DNA from: Spironucleus salmonicida
Lineage: Eukaryota
Reading direction: 5' to 3'
Assembly (NCBI RefSeq): GCF_000497125.1
Contig: NC_090602.1
Location: 1 to 64,000, forward strand
DNA length: 64,000 nt
Shown here: positions 50,985 through 63,544 of the stretch, one piece after another
Layout of the letters: the number at the start of each line of letters is the position of its first letter
How positions within the stretch are numbered: the stretch's first letter is position 1
The notes under the pieces: generated by a model
Told to the model about the DNA's origin: nothing
The model's input: the letters and a program-made list of their open reading frames with translations, nothing else
The model's database searches: none
Program-made: the position numbers and the translations under genes

Positions 50985-51572
50985 TCACATACTAATTTCG
51001 CTCAACGAAACCTACTCGCTCTGCTACTCAGATACAACGTTTAGCAGCTTATTTTGGCTCTTGTAGTACCGTTATCTGGCCCGTAAGAGAGAATCGTTCG
51101 GGAGCAGCTCCTCAAAGACATATCCCGTGACTCGGGCCAGAACCACTTCTGGGAACAACGAGCGGTGCAGGGCCCCTAGCACGTCAGCCTGTGCAGATGC
51201 GACAGTTACTAAAGCTTCAAACTCCAATTTTGCCTCTGGAATGTCGAACTCTGCCCCCTTGTTCTTGAAGAACTTCGAGGCCACGAATGAAACAAGGTTT
51301 TTGCCCTGTCGCTGAGCAGTATGCACATGAGGATGCAAGATCACAAAGTATGCATTCTGCGCGTCAAAATCGTAGTACCGGACCTTAAGCTGGAACTAGC
51401 ATGACTCCCAGTTTGAGCACCTATACGTTTCCACAGTCATGGCAGATGAGTACTGCTTTCCGCGCGGAAGCGAGAATCGAGATCCTGTGAATAGCTCGTG
51501 TGTGAAAATAACCTACATAATGTCAGATTTTGGTATCTTGAGACCAATCGGCTTGTTATTTTTCTTTTCCAT
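50985..51572 (-). CDS. WRKY/GCM1/FAR1-superfamily zinc-finger protein (195 aa)
   Basis: YRCSNWESC-x23-HVH gives C-x5-C-x23-H-x-H at 51321-51419; the track ORF 51072-51344 is in frame. Confidence 0.7.
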
Positions 51573-51632
51573 TAATAATATATAAATATTATATATAAAT
51601 ACTATTAATTATGAATTAGAAAATTTCATAAA

Positions 51633-51887
51633 ATGGATAATTAACAAGTCCGCATGAACCTTCCATCGGCAAACGGAACAACAATAGATTTAATATATGA
51701 AGATGGATATTGGAAACTGGTATCAGATTAAGGTGCGGGGTAAATGTTAAAGACTAAAAGGGATGCGGATTATTTGAAAAAGGAAAATGATGAACTTCGT
51801 CAGAAACTAGATAAGTGTATGCGTCATGCATCATATCTTACACTTGATAACTAAAAGTTGTTAACTATGGTAAAATCTAAATAATGA
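51633..51887 (+). CDS. Chibby-like basal-body protein (84 aa)
   Basis: MNL...LIYEDGYW followed by the coiled coil YLKKENDELRQKLD, paralleling Chibby LKFENGQW...LEEENNLLRLKVD. Confidence 0.6.
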
Positions 51888-51969
51888 TCAAAATTTTTAT
51901 ATATAATTATTTTATCATTTACATAGGAATAGATTTAATCTAATAAAAATCAATTTCACAAAAAATAAA

Positions 51970-52479
51970 ATGTTTGGTGCATTGATTCCTCAACGATTAG
52001 TAGATACAAATTTTTCATAAATAAGTCCAAATATTCTGCAATTAGTAGTATCAGAATTCCATTTGGTCAAATTCATAACAGTATTTGCTATTAATCCTCC
52101 ACCATTATAAGACAACTGTGGATACTCTGTGTATGTATAACCATAAAATAAGAAACAATACTATTTAGGTTAGATAACTAAAACTGCATTTTCTATATCC
52201 AAGGCTGTTAATTTTCTTTAAAATGATCAAGAAGCCACTTGCAGAATTTATATTGTTATGGAAGACCTCAAAAATAGTGAACTTCCTGAGGACGAGTCGA
52301 TGAAATTGCTTTAAGTTGGAGTAGCGTTAGTTAATGATTTTGAAAAATTTATCTCCAGCTTCGATGATATTTATCATGAAGGAAACCATTACGTAGACTC
52401 ATAATGTGTTGGATGTTGGATATAATCTGTAGAGAGTAGGGTGAAATTAAATCAAAGGTTTTGGGACGGTGTAGAATGA
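51970..52479 (+). CDS. HIKESHI: Hikeshi/OPI10 (Hsp70 nuclear import carrier) homolog (169 aa)
   Basis: MFGALIPQRLVDTNF, ITVF, GYSVY, YLGQIT, FEKFISSF and W...RVKLNQRFW. Confidence 0.8.
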
Positions 52480-52714
52480 GTGTAATTTAAATAGTATGTT
52501 AAAACATCTTTAATTTATTACGATTGTACTCACAGAATTAGTTAGCTTTCAATCTATTTATATCGGATTAGTTTACTTGATTGATTAAATATATGATGAT
52601 ACTTCTTTAGAGAATCCTTATTATACATACAGAATAAACTTTTCAAGTATATTTGCGTGCAATAGTTTTTATTGAATATTGGAAATTCATAATTGAAAAT
52701 AATAATAATAATAA

Positions 52715-55700
52715 TCACTTTAACTCTATAAATGCTATTAGACGTCTCCATCCTTTTCTGATTTTTACTTAGAACTAGGAGTTATTTACCTGTAACTGTT
52801 GTATTTTATCAGATCTCCATGTTCTGCTAACTTCATTAAACAGTTTTAATAACTATTCTTGAGAGACTTATATCTAATCAAAATTTACCATGTGGCATGT
52901 ATTTGTAATTAAGATTTTTATGAAATTTGTTGCATACTATCCTTTAAAGCTCTTCATGGACTTTGAAATCATTGTATTAATAATTAAATTAACTGCATCC
53001 ATCAATACTTAATCATCAACTATTGTATCTAGTTTGCACCGGGTACAATAGTTCTAAACTGATTACAATATTGTGGTGAAAAGATCATAGTAAAATGTAA
53101 TACAATCCTCATTATCCTACAAATATCTATTTACCATCTATGGAATGAAATGTTCACAAAACTAATGTATTTAACAATCTATCTTTAAAAGTGCTTAAAT
53201 TGTGCCAGTTAATAACTTGATATGAACTTTTGGCATCTATAATATATTTAATAAATAATCATGTGTGTTATTAATAAAATTAAGAAATATTCCTTATGAG
53301 TCATTTTTTATATTAAGTGTTTGATCTATGTAAATTTATGTATTTTAAATTTATTAATTTTGTAACGAATCATCAATCATGAATAAGGACTATAACAATG
53401 GGTTTGACTAAACATTTTTACTTATTTAAAATTACTACTTAAATCTAAACTTGCTATGCTTTTAATAAGAATATGCCTACTAGATTTTACTAAGTGCTTT
53501 ATTTAAGCAACTACAATAAAGAATGAATATGTCTTGTTCTGTTAAAATATCAATAGTATAACATTTTGACTAGAGATCATCAAAATATCCATTGAAAAAC
53601 AATAATGTCGCATGCGAATCTATATCAAATGAATTAAACATAAGTAAACATATAAAAATTTATAATTTAATTTAAATATCATCTATATAAATAGATATAT
53701 TTATTAGTTGTTTAGTAAGAATTAATGAATCTATAACTCTATCATTAAATTTTGGTTTATAATTTACTTTCAAAAGCATTTTAGAAAATTTTTAAATTAT
53801 ATTTTCGTATTATGTAGGTTCACATTACTGTAGTTACCGAATAGTAAAGCGAATTAATAGTTCTAAACCAAAAAGTTCAGATAAAATCACAATATACTCT
53901 GAATCTATATCATTTTCTTAGGTTTACATAAAATAATCATCATACTCATATATTTTTTATAACTATGACTTATGAATCTATGAAATATTAAATTTTTATC
54001 TCTATTCTCTATGCGAAAATAATGGATCATATTTGAAATTAATCAATGCAAAATCTTACTACACTTATTTTAAAGCATCATCAAAAATATCTACTATTGA
54101 AGTAGGATTTTACAAGATTGATAAATATAATAGTAATTCAAATTACTTAATATTCTTTATACTTATTGATCTCTTTTATGAGGCCAATCTATAGTGAACC
54201 TATAATAATTTGCATTACTAAAGTATGATATTATAACTATTTTCAAATTATTAGTTTATATTCTCTATTTACTCAGTAAAAACTTTCAGCATTTAATTAT
54301 CAAGATGGTCTTAATCGTCAATACAAAAAGATTATATTTTGTTGCTCACTAACTATGAAAATTAAAAAATTGATAATATCTTAAAAAAATTATAATTCTC
54401 TAGTATTAAAATAAAATCAATATGTTGGATTTAATCGAAGCAAACAAAAAGAATATTGCTTATAATAAGAAACTCAATTGCAGGCAGCTATTATAATAAA
54501 TCCAAAGATCTATAAGATTTTTTTGAAAACTTATTAACTAATGTAAGCTCGTGAAGCTAACTAGTATAACAACTAAAAAATACTTTGTACAATAGTTAAA
54601 ACTAAAAATATGCATCAAAATAGCTTTCATTGCTCTGTTTAAATAAATTAGATAAATTAGTATTTGGATACAATTATTAATAAATTAACATTTTATTAAT
54701 ATTATCTGATTACTGTTGTTTATTTATAACTTATTTTTGAATTTGCCATGTCTATGAAATTTAGTAACAAAATTCAATAAATTCTATATACAAATTTTTG
54801 TAATTGAAAGTATATTTTAATAAACTAACTGATTTTAATATTATATCAGAAAAAATCAAGACTAATGGAGAAACACACATTGATGTAGGCGCACTCTAAA
54901 CATTATCCATTAAATTAGGTATTATACCATGCTAAACTAAATTATTTGTATAGTTAATATCAAATATTGTGGATGATGATTCTAATTATAATTAAGCACA
55001 ATTGATAAATAAATACTGTTAATATCTAAAATCTAATAGAAAAGATTTGATAAAACCCTATGATTATAATATTTAAAATAATGACGTTTAATTATCTATA
55101 ACAATTAGATAACACAAATCATCATCTATACTTAAACTACTAAGAAGTAGCAAATAGCAGTGTCTTGTTAGATCCATGTCAGCTTTTTCATTTTAGCAAT
55201 ATAAATTACCACAAACTTCATTCGCTATGAATTTTAAATTAATATTAGAATTTTACCTAAAATCAACTGTCTAATCAATAAACTATAATTTTTTCTCTTT
55301 TCTAGGTTGGCATCCTTTAAAACAACTCAATAATAATTTAGCTAAAAAGATTTTACCCAATATATATGAATTTAGATTATAAAATACACCTGGCCATACA
55401 AACATTAAATCATACACGTTTATACTATAATTTGCTTGGGTTAATAGTACAAAATAAAAATTGTCAATAAGATTGCCTATTTCCTCGTTTTTAATATTTC
55501 TACCATTAATAAGTTATTATATTGATAAAACTACATAAAATAAATAAAAGGAAACATCAACATGTTATGGGAAATTACCAGTTAATAATTTTCTAACGAT
55601 AATTTCCTAATTAGCAGGATCTAAAATTACTTCTTTAAATATCCACTAAAAGCCAAATTAATATTATTAATACAATAAACTTCCTAATAGTGAACAAATA

Positions 55701-57862
55701 GCAAATATGATATCTTAATCATAAATCATCTCATTTTATTATTTTTATACATTATCTTTGGTCTAACCTAACAAAGCATCTGTTTAAACTAAGGAAGATA
55801 GACATTGCAGTTACTAAGAAAAATAAACAGCTGCATCTTCAATTAAGAATACAATTTTAGATATAACCTAACATAAATACACCAAAATTTACTAGCTAAT
55901 AACTGCGTTAATAAATTAATTACTAATAGTAAATTCTAAAGCACTATTTAAAATATTATAGTAACTAATATTACTTATCGAACTTAACCAGCTGATATCT
56001 TCTTTCGACATTAATTCTACATTTTTAAATTTTATAATATAATTAAAAATTTAGTTTAAGATTGAAGCTATTTTAATATTTGTATTGTTTTCTAAATTAG
56101 CAATTTAATTTATCGACAAGATACGAGTTAATACATCAATAAATTTAATGGTTAATAATTTTTAAATAAGAATTGATCCTGAGTATATTACAACTCTATT
56201 AAGTAATGATATAAGCATAATAAAACTCTAAGTTAATGTATCATAGTTAACATCGACATCACAATCATCTTTACTATAAAATGTTGTAAACCATTCTAAT
56301 ATTTCAAAAATAACTTTCCAAAAATCAAATGATACTAAAGATAAAGTTTTAAGAGTCTAAGGTTATTTCCTAAATCTATAAATCACAGATAAAGATGAAA
56401 TAAAGCCTGGGTGAGTAATTAAATTATAATATTATTAATATGTATTTAGATCTTCCACTGTAAATAAATTAAGTATCAAAATAAGAATTGAAGATGGCAA
56501 TTCTGATTTAGAGTAAAACTATATTACTTATCCATACTCAGGAAGTAGTTCATCCAAACTAATAATAAGTTTACAATATTCTAATTACTATTAAAGAGTA
56601 TTACCAAAAGATGTGGTCAGAATTTTATTTTCCAATTATTTTATTTTTTAACTGGAATTAACCTAATATGTAGTACCAGATGTTTTATTTTCTTATCGTT
56701 CATCTAATTCTTCCTTACTCTAATTACTATTAAATTTTGATACTAGCATAAGGCTATCTATATTTTATTCATTATAGCTGATTGAATCTGGTATATTAAA
56801 TTAGGATACATTTTTAAAAGCATTCGGAAGAGTAATCTTATGATGAAAAAGATAATCAACAAATACTAAATATTAATGAATGAAATTTTATAAATATTAC
56901 TTCGTTTCTGTTTAGAACTCCTATGATAAATATACATCATTCACTTTTTAAAGAAGCAAATTGAAAAAATTAGAAAAAATATCCTATTTATATAAGATAA
57001 AGGTAAAATCTTTTAGAAGCGATAATTATTTCATAATTAAACATGCAAGGCTATAAATTAAACATAGAACCTCTTCATATTATGTGTCAACTGAAAATCT
57101 AAGAGCAAATAGTAAGCATTCTAGAACATAATTTAATGATGTGTCTTATATATTATCTTATAATTCAACTCCAATATGTAATAAAATAATGAGATGCTAT
57201 AGGAACTGTATCAAAAATCCTAAATTTTCTTATTACAGTTAATTAAATGAATTGAAAACACCATTTATTAAAGTACTAGCATAAGACTTAAGATCTTAAT
57301 CTACAAGTTATTTCTCTAATAATATTTTAGCAGACTGTATCTTAAATTATAGCGAAGATATCTATAAAATTTCTATTAATACAATAGTTAGTTCTTCAGA
57401 AATGTAATTAATATTCTATGCAATGAACAATAAAATCTAAGCATAAGAATCTATAGAAAAATCTAGTTAGCTATCATCACTAAACATATCATCTAATATC
57501 GATTAACAATAGTACTAAATATTCTATGGTTGGTATTTCTGTATAACGTATATCTACGTATGAATCAAACTAAGTTAATCCTAAACTGTATATTGATTAA
57601 GGATCTACTCTTAGATTGTTCGATTTATGAGCTATGAAAAAATTGAATACGTAATTTATATATTTTTATTATCTGCTGCAATTTAGGGAAGCTACTTAAA
57701 ATCATAAATCTGGAATAATAATTTATCAAGAACTGACAGAGTATTAGAATCAAATTATTCAATAAACGTGGTACAAAGGTATTCTAAGTTTGTATTTATG
57801 GTATTTTTATCGAAAAAATTTGATATAATTTAAAGAGCTATCTCTTCAATTGAAGATGGCAT
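52715..57862 (-). CDS. Large hypothetical protein (1715 aa), likely alpha-solenoid
   Basis: Frame read through with no TGA found between ATG 57862 (MPSSIEEIALQII) and TGA 52715 (AAGTGA). L/I/F-rich helical composition; no family recognised. Confidence 0.8.
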
Positions 57863-57978
57863 TTTGTAATACCTTATTCTTATCTATCTAATACTAATAA
57901 AATAAAATTTTTGTATAACAAAAAATATTTTATATACCATATAATAAATTGTTTTTCATTTTTCATTTTATTTTCAAA

Positions 57979-59439
57979 ATGAAGAAATTATCAAAAATAT
58001 CAGATACTCCTTTACCACCCCCATGCTCACCTCCTACATAAGATGAAATTAATTTAGTATTAAAACAAATTCCTTCTAACATTGTTCAACATACTGGTGA
58101 ATAAATTTAAAAGTCCAATGTTCATTCACTAGATTATCATTTAGCATACACTCGATAATTTATATTAGACTTGCTGAATGTAAGTATAAAAATTTTATCA
58201 TAGGAACCAAATATTGTATTACTGACAGCTCCAAACACTACAGACTCACATTCTAGTCCAAAAGAGCTTAAAATCACTTCCCCAAATATTGGTGTAATCG
58301 GCGACTTACATGGAACATTTTTTTCATTATAATAAGCATTAGAGCTGAAGTCTGATCAATATGTATTCACCGGAGATTACGTAGATCGTGGAGCTAATTC
58401 TGTAGAAATTATTGTAACTCTTCTTTGCCTTAGATTATAAGATCCTTTAAAATATACTCTTTTACGTGGAAATCACGAAACTGAGTCCATCTCATAGTCA
58501 TATTCGTTTTATGCTGAAATTTTCATGAAATATGAAAAACCATTAGAAATTTTTAAAGAATTTGTAAAACTATTTTAAGCTCTTCCTATCTGTGCAAAAA
58601 TTGATACTACTCTATGTCTTCATGGTGGAATCTCCACGTAGTCGCTGCATAAAATGAACTGTCTTAATAGATTCAAAGAACCAACCACTGGTTCGGCTCT
58701 CGCTAACATTTTATGGTCAGATCCTGTCGATCACGGAACTTTTACATAAAATTTTTAAAGAGGAATTGGCCTCTTATATGGCCCAGGTCTTGTTAATCCT
58801 TTCTGCTAAAGTTCAAATTTAGATTTTATTGTACGTTCTCATACCTGTGTTGATGGAATCGAAATTATAGGAAAAGTCATTACCGTTTTTTCAGTTGCAA
58901 AGTATAGTGAAGGTAATCATGGTGCTTATTTATAACTCTGCTCCAATAATGAGAAATCAGTTGTTTATTATCATAAGTTTCTTTCTGAAGATAAGGATGC
59001 AATTGACGCTTAATTTTTCTAATCACCTCCGGATATATAACATTTGAACGAAAAATAACTCATTTGTGCTATTTTGTGCAATCTAGTGGAAACAGATTAC
59101 GCTTTTCCAGACGGATAAATTAGTGCTTTAAAAGCGCTTAACGGCACTGTATAGTTGCCGAAAATGAGCGAAAATAGATTAGGTAAACTGGTTATGGAAT
59201 TAGAAGCCCTTTGTGAAGAAAAGGAGGTTAGCACTTTGGCTGCATTTGGTTGTTTCGAGGAGGATGTAATTGCTGAAATTTTGCTTGTTGGTGAATTAAC
59301 ATTAAAAGAAAGAGGATTTACTGTATCAGAAGGAGTATTTTAAAGATGCTTTACAGTCGAAGAGCTAGAGAAGATTGTTTAAAAGGTCTGCTTCTAGGGT
59401 AAGATAGCTAAGAATAAAGGTAAAAAGATCTAGAAGTGA
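57979..59439 (+). CDS. PPP-family Ser/Thr protein phosphatase (PP5/PPEF-like), 486 aa
   Basis: GDLHG, GDYVDRG, LRGNHE, HGG, ILWSDP, IVRSH and VITVFS motifs. Stop AAGTGA. Confidence 0.92.
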
Positions 59440-59514
59440 TGAAAAGGAAATATATTGTATAATACATAATAATTAAAAATATAATATTTTATCTAATTCC
59501 ATCTCTCTTTTATC

Positions 59515-59808
59515 ATGGAGATTACAGTTATTTTGAATGATGGTGGATAATAGTTCATTATCGGGGTATCCCAAGAGGCTACCGTGATGAGTTTGATAAG
59601 TGACATTGTCTAGGGAATATTCCACTAAAAATGCAGATTGTACGTGGTATTGGAATATAAGGGTACTATGTTTAAGGACCTACATTTAAAAGTATCTGAG
59701 TTGTACGATAACTCTTTAATTCCACTCCATTTTCATTATGTGACCCCGGAAATGATATAAAACTATCCTATAACGTAGGAATACTATAAATAGATAGTAA
59801 TCGAATGA
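59515..59808 (+). CDS. Small ubiquitin-like-fold protein (97 aa)
   Basis: MEITVILNDGGQQFIIGVSQEATVMSL...LEYKGTMFKD resembles a beta-grasp fold. No C-terminal GG. Confidence 0.55.
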
Positions 59809-59831
59809 AAGTTTTCCGTTCCTTTTTATAA

Positions 59832-60125
59832 ATGAAAGTCTTTTCATGTCTTAAGTGCTCAAAGCCACTATTTCTTGAATCCTAGGTCAAAGAACACACT
59901 GATTTAGTTAAGAAATTCAAGTCACATTAGTCGTGTAACGTATTTTTGGATAAACAGTCTTCCTGGATGGACTGTGAACATAAAGAGGGTACCATCTACT
60001 GCCCACAGTGTACATAGAAACTTGGTCAGTTTTGTTGGCATGGAAATACCTGCTCCTGTGGCGAGCTGGTGATTCCGTATATTGCATTTACTCCCAGTAA
60101 GCTATTGATAACAACCGTACAGTGA
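59832..60125 (+). CDS. Stand-alone Yvh1/DUSP12-type zinc-binding domain protein (97 aa)
   Basis: FSCLKCSKPLF...H...C...WM...EGTIYCPQCTQKLGQFCWHGNTCSCGELVIP with no phosphatase domain. Alternative in-frame ATG at 59805. Confidence 0.85.
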
Positions 60126-60136
60126 ACATGCCATTT

Positions 60137-60547
60137 TCACTAGATTCTGTTCAAAATCCTTAAGAACTCACCCTCGCCAACACTAGGTGCTACCATATTT
60201 AACATATCCTGCGCTTCTTCAATAGTCAAATCAAGCCCACATGCATTTCCAGCCTGCGTCAGTTTTCGAACTGTTAGTACACCTTCCTGACTATCATCCA
60301 AAATCTTAAATGCTTTTACTTGATCGTCAACATTATCACGTTCAGCTATTAATGGCTAGAAAAATTCTAAAAATTAGTCTAGATTAATTGCTGTTTTTGG
60401 TGGATGCTAGTTCGGTATATCCAGAGTGAGAATAATATTATGAATATCTTGTGGTTAGATAAGCTTATTTGATGGCGCAAATGAGTTAAATGCAAAAATA
60501 AGCTCTTGTCTTTGGGGTAGAGTCAGTAGAGAAACATCTGACTACAT
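60137..60547 (-). CDS. Degenerate centrin/calmodulin-like EF-hand protein (136 aa)
   Basis: LTLPQRQELIFAFNSF, ERDNVDDQVKAFKILDDSQEGVLT and LTIEEAQDML. Stop TAGTGA. Confidence 0.8.
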
Positions 60548-60594
60548 TTTAGAAATTTGATATAATATCAAATATTAATAAAATTTACTTTTTA

Positions 60595-61590
60595 ATGAAA
60601 TATCGAATAGATTCTGATAAATTTGCTGTTATTGCAGCTTTAGAAGATAGGGGATTTAGTAGAACTTATGAAGATGATTATGATATATATTGGGCTCCTG
60701 TATCTGCAGTTTAAACGTTTTATAAGAAGTATTCTAAGTAGCTATTTTCACACTTTCCTTCATTTCATGAATTGACTAGAAAAGATTTGATGGTTAAGCA
60801 TTTAAAATACTATAAAAAGATAAATCCATCACTATTTGTTAATTTTCCAGTAGTTCCATTAACCTATTTATTACCACATGAAAGTGCAATTTTAGCTAGA
60901 GAACTACAATAGATGATCCCTCTTATAATGAAACCTGCTGGTCGGTCTCAAGGGAAAGGAATACATATTGTTAGAAATATATAATAGTATCGTGTATTCT
61001 AGCAGGAGCACTAGTAAGAGCTTTATATTGCATCAAAATACATCGATAATCCACTTCTTATTTAAAATAAAAAATTTGATATGCGAATATATGTACTAGT
61101 CACTTCATTTAGACCTATTACTGCATATATTTATTAGCAAGCATTTTGTAGATTTTGTTCATCTGTTTATGATAAAGAAAACGATGAGCTGACATCTCAT
61201 TTGACAAATGTGGCAGTTAATCAAAAATTTGATTCTGGTACTAAACTATCATTAGAAAATTTGTTTATTTATCTTAGACCTAGGTTAGGTATAGAAAAGT
61301 GTCTTAAAATTTAAGAAGGTATTATAAAATGTATAATACTCACTCTTTAGGCAGTTTAGCCTTCTATTGGTTACTCCAATACTGCGTTTGAACTTTATGG
61401 TTTTGATATATTAATCGACGATTAGCTATAAATTTGGTTAATGGAAGTTAATGCTTCGCCTAGTTTAAATGTTAGTAGTGACTAGGATAGAATTTTGAAA
61501 TGTTAACTGCTTGATGATTTGTTTAAAGTTGTTCTTAAAGAATAGGGTGTTGGAGATTTTATGAAAATCAACTTTCCAAATATGTAATGA
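60595..61590 (+). CDS. TTLL1: Tubulin polyglutamylase TTLL1-like (331 aa)
   Basis: HFPSFHELTRKDLMVK, IMKP...SQGKGI, YIDNPLLI, KFDMRIYVLVTSFRP, HLTNVAV, FELYGFDIL and EVNASPSL. Confidence 0.9.
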
Positions 61591-61617
61591 ATCTATATCT
61601 TTTTTATAAATATTAAT

Positions 61618-63501
61618 TCACTCATTAATTAAGGAAAATATAGTATCTATAACATCTTTCTTAAATTTTACCATCATATGACTACATTTTGGCAAAACAA
61701 CTCTCTTTACTACGAATTTTTCAGGTGTACAATCTGATAATGCACTTGGCAATAAAACCAAACCATCGCCGCTACTATAACTGAATTTGCTTTTTCCACC
61801 ATCAAAAAAAGTATGATGTGATGTAGCTTTTCTGGATCCAGAAAATGATATAAATTTGTAATCAATATCTTCCTATGGATAATAAACCGTTTTTGCTTAA
61901 TGGTCTAAATTTGTCAAATCAGTTTCATACAGCACATGTTCTAGAGTTCCTGGAACAGTAAGAGATGACAACAATTGCTATATTGGCTTTTCTTCTTGAG
62001 CTAATTAAATTTTTGCCTGTTTAAGGGCTAAATATTCCTCTCTCATAAGTTCTGCTTAAGCATAAATTAGCAAACTCTAATCTGTTGCGGCTCTTGGAAT
62101 ATTAAACCCACCAGAATTAAAAAATTCTAAAATTTCTGGTGGAAATACCAACTTACCATCTTCCCCGACCGAACATAAATCTTTATTTCTCTGCCTCTTA
62201 CTAAAGTAGTAACAAGTATATTTTTTAAATTTCAGATCTTTCAGATCCTATTAATCGAATTAAGGTATATTTTGTGTTATCTACCCAGACTATAAGTCAT
62301 GTCCATCTATGTCTATAACTTCTCTAATATCATCATCTCTAATATGATTAAGAGTGTCAAAACTTACCACCTCCTCAGTTCCGAACTAAAATGTATCTTC
62401 TTATTCAGGACCTTCTGCAAATTTAGTCTTAAAAACTTATAATTTACTCTTGGCTGAACACATTACGTAAATACTTTCGCTTGTGCTCACGGCACCTTTC
62501 TTACATGATTTCTACAGAGTTCTAATAACCTATGATAAATTATGATCAACTAAATTTTTAGTTAATATATGTCTTAATATGACAAATGCGACATCAGGCA
62601 CTTAATTCCCATAAACAGTTTCATCTAAAATCACTTTTTCGATTTCTGCAGTTGGATTTTCAAAAATAATAAGTCCATCATGTTTTCTTGAAGAATAAAA
62701 TAATCTCACGTGAGATTTAATACTTTATTGACGTTCTACACCAAAGCAACAACATACTGGCGTATTAATAAGTGTAGATGTATCACCATAATAATCAGGA
62801 AAATCTCTTGGCAAAAGCCCTGCAATACCTGGGCATTTGCTTTCAAACCCACGACCTATATTCGTGGGTAATGGTAAATTCATCATGAATCCTTCAAAAA
62901 AACAGGCAGTAACTCCTCCTGATGATCCGTCAAAAGGAACAGTCAATGCGCAAAATCTCCTAATAAACTTCCACCAATCATTCTATATCATGAAAGATTT
63001 CACTACTAAACCGCCCATTGAATGTGCAATTAGAGATACTTTCTAATTATTATTTTATGACATTGCGAATTTAATAAGTTTCATGAAAGGTTTCTATATA
63101 ATTGGATTTGATACGTCTTATCTCCAATCATAAGAATATGCAAATAAATTAACACCTGGCGTATAACCTCTAGAAATAAAATAATCTACATAATAATCAA
63201 AATAGTAGCAAATATGTAAAGCCGATGCCAATTTAGTTTCAGTAAGCTATGTATCCATTAAACGATAACAACCATTGATTCCCTCTACAGGTGATACTGT
63301 AGCATAGCCGTAATACTCTTACCATGATTTAAATACTCCGTTCTCAGTGACACCCCACATATTTTTGATTATTGATTTACAAAGTGAGGAAACTGAATAA
63401 TTTTATGGAACCCATATATAATATGGTTTTGAACCCGGTTTAGTACTTTATGACCAAAGTTTCGAGCCAGCTACTCCTGGAACTAAAATTACTGGTTTCA
63501 T
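61618..63501 (-). CDS. LCAT/PDAT/lysosomal PLA2-family acyltransferase (627 aa)
   Basis: KPVILVPGVAGSKL, YDWR, LIAHSMGG nucleophile elbow, VPFDGS, GDGLV and a C-terminal His. Stop GAGTGA. Confidence 0.9.
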
Positions 63502-63544
63502 TTTATTTATTAATTACTTTATTTAATATAAATATGTCACTAAA

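Noticed and set aside
53234-53236. ATG at 53236 as the start of a separate 173-aa gene
   Set aside because: The frame stays open upstream to ATG 57862, so this is an internal Met.
22349-59439. A functional signalling gene cluster (NEK-like, PKA, Raptor, PP2A-A, MAPK, PPP)
   Set aside because: The genes are interspersed with unrelated ones, and kinases and phosphatases are abundant in compact diplomonad genomes.
5241-63046. The supplied short ORFs as independent small genes
   Set aside because: They are standard-code artefacts: either fragments of longer code-6 genes cut at TAA/TAG, or antisense and off-frame shadows.
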